A stretch of 64,000 bases of DNA from Isurus oxyrinchus. Taxonomy: Eukaryota. The stretch is from positions 992,001-1,056,000 of the forward strand of contig JANJGN010000163.1 of the NCBI GenBank assembly GCA_026770705.1, read 5' to 3'. The notes beneath the pieces were generated by a model. That model worked only from the letters and a program-made list of their open reading frames with translations. It did no database searches and was not told the origin of the DNA. Made by a program: the position numbers and the translations under genes. This document shows, piece after piece, positions 1 to 10,817 of the stretch; positions within the stretch are counted from its first letter, which is position 1, and the number at the start of each line of letters is the position of its first letter.

Positions 1-1
1 C

Positions 2-289
2 GCCCTGGTTTCCCAGTGGCCGAGCCGTCTGTCCGTTAGAGAGGGGGACACGGTGGAGATGGGCTGTTACCAGAACGATACCAGCGAGACCTACATGTAC
101 TGGTATCGGCAGCACCCCGGAGCAGGGCTGCAGCTCATGGTCACCTCGGTTACCGGTTCGAATCCCACCTATGAAGATGGTTTCAAGAAGAGGTTTAATG
201 TGACCAGAACCGAGATTAAGTGGTGCAGCCTGAAAATACTGAGCGTGGAGCTGACTGACCCTGCGGTTTATTACTGCGCTGCTGGTGAA
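2..289 (+). CDS. TRBV: T-cell receptor variable (V) gene segment exon, most like TCR beta V. The 5' end (leader, intron, acceptor) lies outside the window.
   Basis: Frame +2 is open: ALVSQWPSRLSVREGDTVEMGCYQNDTSETYMYWYRQHPGAGLQLMVTSVTGSNPTYEDGFKKRFNVTRTEIKWCSLKILSVELTDPAVYYCAAGE. V-set hallmarks: first Cys (65-67), WYRQ (101-112), GLQL, D-x-A-V-Y-Y-C (Cys 275-277). The TYExGFxxRF motif and CAA end resemble V-beta. It ends directly at a 23-RSS. The ORF-track extension to 355 is read-through across the RSS. Chain assignment comes from motif recognition, not a database search. Confidence 0.88.
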
Positions 290-328
290 CACAGCGACTC
301 AAACAGGTGTAGATCTTGTTCAAAAACA
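290..328 (+). other. Recombination signal sequence (23-bp spacer) of the V segment
   Basis: Heptamer CACAGCG (290-296; consensus CACAGTG), exactly 23-nt spacer ACTCAAACAGGTGTAGATCTTGT (297-319), nonamer TCAAAAACA (320-328; consensus ACAAAAACC). Confidence 0.93.
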
Positions 329-512
329 TCCCCACTCTGTTCTACTGGGAGCTAAAACCTCTGTAAACTCCAGTAAGTGGTGGTGCTGCAACCACCTGGA
401 TATTGGTGACGATCTATGTGGTTTTTACTGCAACCTTCCCAGTGGATAAAATGTCCCAACGCTTCTCAGTCTGACCTGAATGACAAGTCCAAACCTACCT
501 CCCACAGCAAAT

Positions 513-717
513 CCTTTCCATAATGAAGACCAATAAAAACAAAGAGGCTGGAATAAGCGGCGGATTATACAGGGCAGCGCCCTCCCCCCGGCCTATCGCA
601 CCTATTTGAAACTGTTCTGAGGCTTCATCTCATTCCAGCAGTGCCTAATCTGTGCTTTTCCAATGTTCCCACAGACACTGCGGCTTGTCCCTGCGCTGCT
701 GGTGTTCACAGGGACTC
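513..717 (+). pseudogene. Decayed V-segment relic. The 3' end (671-717) is clear; the 5' extent is tentative.
   Basis: 671-717 ACAGACACTGCGGCTTGTCCCTGCGCTGCTGGTGTTCACAGGGACTC aligns ungapped with 254-300 ACTGACCCTGCGGTTTATTACTGCGCTGCTGGTGAACACAGCGACTC (TDTAACPCAAGV vs TDPAVYYCAAGE). The heptamer has decayed to CACAGGG (707-713) and there is no nonamer. Upstream, 513-560 reads PFHNEDQ*KQRGWNKR, in register with CYQNDTSETYMYWYRQ. Confidence 0.65.
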
Positions 718-1180
718 GGACATGAAACCAGGAGCCAGTCCTGATAGGGCTGTGAGCTGGTCAGCTCCAAATCTCCATGAAGAATCCATCATTAACCGCT
801 CTCTCTCCTTTACCAAATTACCTCACTGTGAAATGGTAAAATCCGGCTGGCCAATCAAAAATAATGTTAACAAATCAAACCAGAATAATAATCACCTTCC
901 AAATGAGATATAAGCTGGCGCGTTAACACTTCAAATAAGAAGCACAAGTCCTTTCGGGGAGGTTTGTGTGAAGCAAGTGTGGATGGTGACTGGGGATCTA
1001 TTCCATTTCACTTGGGCGCTCTGTGTGGGAACGCTGGAGAGAACCAGCTCACTCCAGTTGCAACACCGTGATTCTTGTTTTAAGAAATCTGGGTGGGCAG
1101 GTATGGTTGGCGGTGATATGAAGGGGGGTTTCTGCTTCGAATGAAAAAGCTAGCAGGGTTACATCCTCAATGTAGTACAC

Positions 1181-4100
1181 ACTGATCCTTCAACAGTGTG
1201 GCACTCCCTCAGTACTGACATTCTGACAGTGCATCACTCCCTCGGCAGTGACCCTCCGACAGTGTGGCACTCCCTCATTACTGACCCTCTGACAGTGCAG
1301 CACTCCCTTAGTATTGACCCTTTTATAGTGCGGCACTCCCTTAGTACTGACCCTCTGACAGTGCAGCACTCCCTCAGTACTGACCCTCTGACAGTGCAGC
1401 ACTCCCTTAGTACTGACCCTCTGACAGTGCAGCACTCCCTTAGTACTGACCCTCTGACAGTGCAGCACTCCCTTAGTACTGACTCTCTGACAGTGCAGCA
1501 CTCCCAGAGTGCTGACCCTCTGACGGTGCAGCACTCCCTCAGTACTGACCCTCCGACATTGCAGCCCTCCATGAGTACTGACCCTCCGACAGTGCAGCAC
1601 TCCCTCAGTACTGACCCTCTGACAGTGCAGCACTCCCTCAGTACTGACCCTCTGACTGTGCTGCACTCCCTCAGTACTGACCCTCTGACAGTGCAGCACT
1701 CCCTCAGTACTGACCCGCTGACAGTGCAGCACTCCCTCAGTACTGACCCTCTGACAGTGCAGCACTCCCTCAGTACTGACCATCTGACGGTGCAGCACTC
1801 CCTCAGTACTGTCCCTCCGACAGTGCAGAGCTCCCTCCATACTGACCCTCCGACAGTGCAGCACTCCCTCAGTACTGACCCTCTTATTGTGCAGCACTGC
1901 CACGGTGCTGACTCTCTGACAGTGCAGCACTCCCTCAGTAATGACCCTTGACTGTGCTGCACTGCCTCAGTACTGACCCTCTGACAGTGCAGCGCTCCCT
2001 AATTACTGTCCCTCTGAGAGTGCAACACTACCTCAGTACCGACCCTCCAAAAGTGCAGCACCCCCTCAGTACTGAAACACCGACAGTGCAGTACTCCCTC
2101 GGTACTGAGCCTCCAACAGTGCAGCACTCCCTAATTACTGACCATCTGAAAGTGCGGTGCTCTCTCAGTACTGACCCTCTGACAGTGCAGCACTCCCTCA
2201 GTACTGACCCTCCCACTGTGCCGCACACCTTCAGTACTGACCCTCCGACAGTGCAGCGCTCCCTCAGTACTGACCCTCCGACAGTGCAGCACTCCCTCAG
2301 TGCTGACCCTCCGACAGTGCAGAACCACCTCAGCGCTGACCTTCCGACAGTGCGGCACTCCCTCAGTACTGACCCTCTGACAGTGTGACACTCCCTCAGT
2401 ACTCACCCTCCGACAGTGCAGCATTCCCTCCGTTCTGACCCTCCTACAGTGCAGCGCTCCCCCATTACTGACACTCTGACAATGCAGCACTCCTTCAGTA
2501 CTGACGATCCGGCAGTTCAGCACTCCCTCAGTACTTACCCTCGGACAGAGCAGCACTCTGTAAGTACTTACCCTCTGACAGTGCAAAACTCCCTCAGTAC
2601 TTACCCTCGGACAGTGCAGCACTCCCTCAGTGCTGACCATCCAACAGTGCAGCATTCCCTTAGTACTCACCCTCTTTTAGTGCAGCATTCCCTCAGTATT
2701 GACCCTCCGAAAGTGCTGCACTCCCTAAGTACTGACCCTCTGAGAGTGCAGCAGTCCCTCAGTACTGACCCTCCGACAGTGCAGCACTCCCTCAGTACTG
2801 ACTGTCCTACAGTGATGCGCTCCCTCAGTGCTGACCCTCCAACCATGCAGCGCTCCCTCAATGCTGACCCTCTGACTTTGCAGCACTCCCTCAGTACTGA
2901 CCCTATGACAGTGCAGCACTCCCTCAGTACTGACCATCTGACTGTACAGCACTCCCTCAGTACTGACGCTGCGACAGTGCAGCACTCCTTCAGTACTGAA
3001 CCTCTGACAGTGCAGCACTCCCTCAGTACTGACCCTTTGACATTGCAGCATTCCCTCAGTACTGACCCTCTGACAGTGCAGCACTCCCTCTGTACTGACC
3101 CTCCAACAGTGCAGCACTCTCTCAGTACTGACCCTCCGACAGTGCGGCGCTCCCTCAGTACTGACCATCCAACAGTGCAGCACTCTCTCAGTACTGACCC
3201 TCTGAGAATGCAACACTCTCTCAGTACTGACCCTCTGACTGTGCTGCACTCCTTCAGTACTGACCCTCTGACAATGCAGCACTGCCTCAGTACTGACCCT
3301 CTGACAGTGCAGCACTCCCTCATTACTGACCCTCTGACAGTGCAGCTCTCCCGCAGTACTGACCCTCTGACAGTGCAGCACTCCCTCAGTACTGACCCTC
3401 TGACAGTGCGGCGCTCCCTCAGTACTGACCCTCTGACAGTGCTGCACTCCCTCAGTACTGACCCTCTTATTGTGCAGCACTCCCTCAGTACTGACCCTCT
3501 GACGGTGCAGCACTCCCTCAGTACTGTCCCTCCGACAGTGCAGAGCTCCCTCCATACTGACCCTCCGACAGTGCAGCACTCCCTCAGTACTGACCCTCTT
3601 ATTGTGCAGCACTGCCACGGTGCTGACTCTCTGACAGTGCAGCACTCCCTCAGTAATGACCCTTGACTGTGCTGCACTGCCTCAGTACTGACCCTCTGAC
3701 AGTGCAGCGCTCCCTAATTACTGTCCCTCTGAGAGTGCAACACTACCTCAGTACCGACCCTCCAAAAGTGCAGCACCCCCTCAGTACTGAAACACCGACA
3801 GTGCAGTACTCCCTCGGTACTGAGCCTCCAACAGTGCAGCACTCCCTAATTACTGACCATCTGAAAGTGCGGTGCTCTCTCAGTACTGACCTTCCGACAG
3901 TGCAGCACTCTCTCAGTACTGACCCTCTGACAGTGCAGCACTCCCTCAGTACTGACCCTCCCACTGTGCCGCACACCTTCAGTACTGACCCTCCGACAGT
4001 GCAGCGCTCCCTCAGTACTGACCCTCCGACAGTGCAGCACTCCCTCAGTGCTGACCCTCCGAAAGTGCAGAACCACCTCAGCGCTGACCTTCCGACAGTG

Positions 4101-7100
4101 CGGCACTCCCTCAGTACTGACCCTCTGACAGTGTGGCACTCCCTCAGTACTCACCCTCCGACAGTGCAGCATTCCCTCCGTTCTGAACCTCCTACAGTGC
4201 AGCGCTCCCCCATTACTGACACTCTGACAATGCAGCACTCCTTCAGTACTGACGATCCGGCAGTTCAGCACTCCCTCAGTACTTACCCTCGGACAGTGCA
4301 GCATTCCCTCAGTGCTGAACATCCGACAGTGCAACACTCTCTCAGTACTTACCATTTGACAGAGCAGCACTCTGTCAGTACTTACCCTCCGACAGTGCAA
4401 AACTCCCTCAGTACTTACCCTCGGACAGTGCAGCACTCCCTCAGTGCTGACCATCCAACAGTGCAGCACTCCCTTAGTACTCACCCTCTTTTAATGCAGC
4501 ATTCCCTCAGTACTGACCCTCCAACAGTGCAGCACTCCCAGAGTGCTGATCCATTGACAGTGCAGCACTCCCTCAGTATTGACCCTCCGAAAGTGCTGCA
4601 CTCCCTAAGTACTGACCCTCTGAGAGTGCAGCAGTCCCTCAGTACTGACCCTCCGACAGTGCAGCACTCCCTCAGTACTGACTGTCCTACAGTGATGCGC
4701 TCCCTCAGTGCTGACCCTCCAACCATGCAGCGCTCCCTCAATGCTGACCCTCCGACTTTGCAGCACTCCCTCAGTACTGACCTTATGACAGTGCAGCACT
4801 CCCTCAGTACTGACCCTCTGACTGTACAGCACTCCCTCAGTACTGACGCTGCGACAGTGCAGCACTCCTTCAGTACTGAACCTCTGACAGTGCAGCACTC
4901 CCTCAGTACTGACCCTTTGACATTGCAGCACTCCCTCAGTACTGACCCTCTGACAGTGCAGCACTCCCTCTGTACTGACCCTCCAACAGTGCAGCACTCT
5001 CTCAGTACTGACCCTCCGACAGTGCGGCGCTCCCTCAGTACTGACCCTCCAACAGTGCAGCACTCTCTCAGTACTGACCCTCTGAGAATGCAACACTCTC
5101 TCAGTACTGACCCTCTGACTGTGCTGCACTCCTTCAGTACTGACCCTCTGACAATGCAGCACTGCCTCAGTACTGACCCTCTGACAGTGCAGCACTCCCT
5201 CAGTACTGACCCTCCAAAAATGCAGCACCCCCTCAGTCCTGAAACTCCGACAGTTCAGCACTCCCTCAGTACTGACCCTCTGACTGTGCTGCACTCCTTC
5301 AGTACTGACCCTCTGACAGTGCAGCACTCCCTCAGTACTGATCCTCTGACAGTGCAGCACTCCCTCAGTACTGACCCTCTGACAGTGCAGCACTCCCTCA
5401 GTACTGACCCTCCGACAGTGCGGAACTCCCTCAGTACTGACCCTCTGACAGTGCAGCACTCCCTCAGTACTGACCCTCCGACAGTGCAGCACTCCCTCAG
5501 TACTGACCCTCTGACAGTGCAGCACTCCCTCAGTACTGACCTTCTAACAGTGCAGCACTCCCTCAGTACTGACCCGCCGAATGTGCAGAACTCCCTCAGT
5601 ACTGACCCTCTGACAGTGCAGCACTCCCTCAGTACTGACCCTCCAACAGTGCAGCACTCCCTCAGTACTGACCCTCCGACAGTGCAGCACTCCCTCAGTA
5701 CTGACCCTCTCACAGTGCAGCACTCCCTCAGTACTGACCATCTGACAGTGCAGCACTCCCTAATTACTGACCCTCTGACAGTGCAGCACTCCCTCAATAC
5801 TGACCCTCTGACAGTGCAGCACTCCCTCAATACTGACCCTCTGACAGTGCTGCACAGCCTCTGTACTGACCCTCTGACAGTGCAGCACTCCCTTGGTGCT
5901 GACCATCCGACAGTGCAGCACTCCCTTAGCATTGACCCTCTCATTGTGCAGCACTGTCAGAGGGTGAGTACTGAGGGTCAGTACTGAGGGAGTGCTGCAC
6001 TCTGCACAAAGGTCAGAATGCTGATTCTCTGACAGTGCAGCACTCCCTCAGTACTGACCCTCCAAAAGTGCAGCACCACCTCAGTACTGATACACCGATA
6101 GTGCGGTACTCCCTCGGTACTGACCCTCCAACAGTGCAGCACTCCCTCAGTACTGACCCTCCGACAGTGCAGCACTCCCGAATTGCCGACCCTCCAACAG
6201 TGCAGCACTCCCTCAGTACTGACCCTCCGACAGTGCAGTACTCCCTCAGTACTGACCCTCTGACAGTGCAGCACTCCCTCAGTACTGACCCTCCGACAGT
6301 GCAGCGCTCCTTCAGTACTGACCCTCTGACAGTGCAGCACTCCCTCAGTACTGACCCTCTGACAGTGCAGCACTCCCTCAGTACTGACCCTCCGACAGTG
6401 CAGCGCTCCTTCAGTACTGACCCTCTGACAGTGCAGCACTCCCTCAGTACTGACCCTCCGACAGTACAGCACTCTCTCAGTGCTGATCCTCTGAGAGTGC
6501 GGCACTCCCTCAGTACTCACCCTCTGACAGTACATCACTCCCTCAGTACTGACCCTCCAACAGTGCAGCACTCCCTCAGTACTGACCCTCCGACAGTGCT
6601 GCACTCCCTCAGTACTGACCTCTGACACTGCAGCACTCCCTCTGTTCTGACCCTCTGAGAGTGCAGCACTCCCTCAGTAGTGAGCTTCCAAAAGTGCAGC
6701 ACCCCCTCAGTACTGAAACACCGACGGTGCAGCACTCCCTCGATACTGACTCTCTAACAGTGCAGCACTCCCTAATTACTGACCCTCTGAAAGTGCGGCG
6801 CTCTCTCAGTTGTGACCCTCCAACAGAGCAGCACTCCCTCAGTACTGATTGTCTGACAGTGCGGCACTCCCTCAGTACTGATTGTCTGACAGTGCGGCAC
6901 TCCCTCAGTACTGATTGTCTGACAGTGCTGCATTCCCTCAATGCTGATCCTCCGACAGGGCAGCACTGTCTCAGTACTCACCCTCTGACAGTGCAGCGCT
7001 CCCTAATTACTGACCCTCCGAAAGTGCGGCGCTCTCTCAGTTGTGACCCTCCAACAGTGCAGCACGTCCTCAGTGCTGACCCTCCAACAGTGCAGCACAC

Positions 7101-9458
7101 CCCCATTACTGACCCTCCCACAGTGCAGCACTCCCTCAGTACCGACCCTCTGACAGTGCAGCACTCCCTCAGTACTGAACCTCTGACAATGCTGCACTCC
7201 CTCATTACTGACCATCTCATTGTGCAGCACTCCCTCAGTACTGACCCTCTGAGAGTGCAGCACTCCCTCAGTGCTAACCCTCCGACAGTGCAGCACCCCC
7301 TCAGTACTGACCCTCCAACAGTGCAGCACTCCCTTGGTACTGAAACTCCAACAGTGCAGCACTTCCTCAATATTGACCCTCTGACAGTGCTGCACTCCCT
7401 CAGTACTGACCCTGCGACAGAGCAGCACTCCCTCAGTACTGATTGTCCGACAGTGCAGCACTCCCTCAATGCTGACCCTCCGACAGTGCAGCACACCCTC
7501 AGTGCTGACCCTCCAACAGTGCAGTGGTCCCTCAGTGCTGACCCTCCGACTTTGCAGCACTCCCTCAGTACTGACACTATGACAGTGCAATGCTCCCTCA
7601 GTGCTGACCCTCCGACAGTGCAGCACTCCCCCAGAACTGACCCTCCGACAGTGCAGCACTGTCTCATTACTGACCCTCCAACAGTGTGGCGCTCCCTCAG
7701 TGCTGACCCTCTGACATTGCAGCACTCACTCAGTACTGACCCTCCAACAGTGCGGCACTTACTCAGTACTGATCCTCCGAAAGTGCGGCAATTCCTCAAT
7801 ACTGATCCTCCGACAATGCAGCACTCTCTCAGTACTGACCCTCTGAAAGTGTGGCACTTCCTCAATACTGACCCTCTGACAGTGCAGCACTCCCTCAGTA
7901 CTGACCCTCCGAAAGTGCAGGTCTTCCTCAATACTGACCCTCTGACAGTGCAGCACTCCCTCAGTACTGACCCTCTGACAGTGCAGCACTCCCTCAGTAC
8001 TTACCCTCCGACAGTGCAGCACTCCCTCAGTACTGACCCTCTGACAGTGCAGCACTCCCAGAGTGCTGATCCATTGACAATGCAGCACTCCCTCAGTACT
8101 GACCCTCCGACAGTGCAGCACTCCCTCAGTACTGACCCTCTGACAGTGCAGCACTCCCTCAGTACTGACGCTCCGACAGTGCAGCACTCCCTCAGTACTG
8201 ACCCTCTGACAGTGCAGCACTCCCTCAGTACTGACGCTCCGACAGAGCAGCACTCCCTCAGTACTGATGCTCCGACAGAGCAGCACTCCCTCAGTGCTGA
8301 CCCTCTGACAGTGCAGCACTCCCCCAGTACTGACCCTCCAACAGTGCAGCACTCCCCCAGTACTGACCCTCCGACAGAGCAGCACTCCCTCAGTACTGAT
8401 TGTCCGACAGTGCAGCACTCCCTCAGTACTGACCCTCCGACAGTGCAGCACTCCCTCAGTACTGACCCTCTGACAGTGCAGCACTCCCTCAGTACTGACC
8501 CTCTGACAGTGCAGCACTCCCTCAGTACTGACCCTCTGACAGTGCAGCACTCCCTCAGTTCTGACCCTCCGAAAGTGTGGCACTTCCTCAATACTGACCC
8601 TCCGACAGTGCAGCACTTCCTCAGTACTGACCCTCCGACAGTGCAGCACTCCCTCAATACTGACCCTCTGACAGTGCAGCACTCCCTCAGTACTGACCCT
8701 CTGACAGTGCAGCACTCCCTCAGTACTGACCCTCTGACAGTGCAGCACTCCCTCAGTACTGACCCTCCGAAAGTGCGGCACTTCCTCAATACTGACCCTC
8801 TGACAGTCTAGCACTCCATCATTACTGACCCTCTGACAGTGCAGCACTCCCTCAGTACTGACCCTCTGACAGTGTGGCACTCCCTCAGTACTGACCCTCC
8901 GACAGTGCAGCACTCCCTCAGTACTGACCCTCTGACAGTGCAGCACTCCCTCAGTACTGACCCTCTGACAGTGCAGCACTCCCTCAGTACTGACCCTCTG
9001 ACAGTGCAGCACTCCCTCAGTACTGACCCTCTAACAGTGCAGCACTCCCTCAGTACTGACCCTCTGACAGTGCAGCACTCCCTCAGTACTGACCCTCCGA
9101 AAGTGCGGCACTTCCTCAATACTGACCCTCTGACAGTCTAGCACTCCATCATTACTGACCCTCTGACAGTGCAGCACTCCCTCAGTACTGACACTCTGAC
9201 AGTGCAGCACTCCCTCAGTACTGACCCTCCGACAGTGCGGTGCTCCCTCAGTACTGACCCTCCGACAGTGCAGCACTCCCTCAGCACTGACCCTCTGACA
9301 GTGCGGCGCTCCCTCAGTACTGACCCTCCGACAGTGCAGCACTCCCTCAGTACTGACCCTCTGACAGTGTGGCACTCCCTCAGTACTGACTCTCTGACAG
9401 TGCAGCACTCCCTCAGTACTGACCCTCTGACAGTGTGGCACTCCCTCAGTACTGACTC
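1181..9458. repeat. 33-bp minisatellite array, ~250 copies, consensus ACAGTGCAGCACTCCCTCAGTACTGACCCTC(T/C)G, probably derived from a shark SINE
   Basis: 33-nt period visible directly throughout. It translates to the 11-aa repeats TVQHSLSTDPL, HCQRVSTEGVL and ECCTVRGSVLR. The first unit (~1160-1200) is degenerate and the array ends abruptly at ~9458. Confidence 0.98.
5951..6001 (-). repeat. Locally inverted 33-bp repeat segment
   Basis: GCACTGTCAGAGGGTGAGTACTGAGGGTCAGTACTGAGGGAGTGCTGCACT is reverse-complement repeat sequence. Forward orientation resumes at ~6018. Confidence 0.92.
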
Positions 9459-10515
9459 ATTTTGCTTTGCATGCTTGAAGTATCGGCTGATTCAGTGCAC
9501 TGAAACAGGAAAGTGAATTGCTCTCGAGCTTTCTCTGATAAGTGTCGTAGAAAATCCCTCCTCCATCCTGTCTATTAGCACCTATCCGTTAATACTTGTG
9601 ACAAGCTGATAGATACATATGCATTACATTCCACAGCCGCACCGACACCTCCGGTGTTACGGGAATCGATGTTGTGGAGTTTTATCAAATATTTGCAGCA
9701 AGGGAATTGCTATTGGGGGCTATATCGATATGTCTGGTCCTCCCTAGGCTCCTGTGTCCCTCCTTCGCTACAGCACTCAACAAATGCTGGTGCTTTCCAG
9801 CGATGCTGACATCCCGTGAACTAATAATATTGGCTAAAAACATGACCATGCTATTCCCTTGTCCCTTACAGGTTTATCCAGCCACTCCTTTCAATGTCAT
9901 TATCCTGTGTGCCTCACCCCTCCGCCTGGTCTGATGAGTTCCACGTTCTCTCCCGTCTGTGCTCTTGAACAAACAGATTTTACTACTGAATTCCCCCAAT
10001 GATTTATCAGATGATTTCTTATCTTCATGTTCACTCATTACAGACTCGCCCACAACTACTCCTCATGTAGACTCTCTCACCACTTCATCCTCTTAGCCCT
10101 GTCACCATCTGCCTCCCCTTTACCTGAGAACTCAACGCCTGCTTGTTCATATATTCCCGACATGTATTGCCTTTCGGAGCCTGGAGCCATCGTAGTGAAC
10201 CCTTCGCCTTTCCTCCAGCACCTTAATATAATTTTTATCCTGCACAACCGATTGGCCAACTGTGCTCAACAATCTGCCTCTGGCCTGAACTAAATCTGCC
10301 TTCTAGAAATATTTAAGCCAATATTCTCATACCTCTCCTCTGCCTGGAGAACATTTGGTAGAAACGTTGCATTCCCTCGTCGATTGAGAACAAGGCGGTG
10401 GACCTCCCAATCTCACTGCTCCCGAGCAGGCGCCTTGAGGATTCGGGCTGTTCTGGAGAGAGATCAGTCAACAGCTGACAGCTGCTCACCTTGCGTGCCC
10501 TTTGTTTGGCTCGAA

Positions 10516-10577
10516 CACGGTGCTCTGGCTGATTGGGCACGATTTGGGGGTGGAATGAGGGTGTGTTCCGTTTCATG
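10516..10577 (+). pseudogene. Candidate J-like segment (probably non-functional) with a heptamer
   Basis: CACGGTG (10516-10522; J-side consensus CACTGTG) is followed directly by ct-L-A-D-W-A-R-F-G-G-G-M-R-V-C-S-V-S, i.e. FGxG placed 6 codons after the heptamer as in J-beta segments. The nonamer-like GCCCTTTGT (10497-10505) has only a 10-nt spacer and the splice donor is weak. Confidence 0.35.
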
Positions 10578-10616
10578 GTCGATAGCCATTGCTTCCTAGG
10601 GCCCAAGCACGATGGT

Positions 10617-10765
10617 GAAGGGAGAGTGAAGGTAATGAAGAGAATAGACGAGTGGGGAAGGCGTGGGGGTGTGGTGGGGGCGAAGGGAAGGAATGAAGGG
10701 AGTCAGGATGAAAGAAGGGGCGGAGAGAAGGAGGGAAGGAAATAAGGAAGAAAACAAAATGAAGA
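10617..10765 (+). repeat. Purine-rich (GA) low-complexity tract with a G-quadruplex-forming motif at 10654-10687
   Basis: Mostly G/A on the + strand. GGGG-AAGGCGT-GGGGG-TGTGGT-GGGGG-CGAA-GGG fits the pattern of four G3+ runs with 1-7 nt loops. Confidence 0.75.
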
Positions 10766-10772
10766 TCGAACC

Positions 10773-10817
10773 GACTTTTGCAAAGGCCCGAGACCTGAAT
10801 GATTTCCCCCCTGTCCC
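10773..10817 (-). other. D-beta-like core with a degenerate downstream RSS-like tail (tentative relic)
   Basis: The minus strand reads GGGACAGGGGGG-AAATC-ATTCAGGTCTCGGGCCTTT-GCAAAAGTC. The conserved vertebrate D-beta core is GGGACAGGGGGC. There is no CAC heptamer on either side. Confidence 0.25.

Noticed and set aside
641-913. 90-aa ORF as a gene
   Set aside because: It starts at GTG, only its first ~25 residues reflect the V relic, and the rest is low-information read-through.
803-1102. Isolated heptamers CACTGTG (824-830) and CACCGTG (1064-1070)
   Set aside because: There is no acceptable nonamer at 12 or 23 nt and no adjacent D- or J-like coding sequence.
1190-9516. Long ORFs such as (TVQHSLSTDPL)n, (HCQRVSTEGVL)n and (ECCTVRGSVLR)n
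   Set aside because: They are translations of a 33-bp unit that is stop-free in several frames on both strands, broken by random frameshifts and stops, with no unique domain. The Cys/His periodicity is not a zinc finger.
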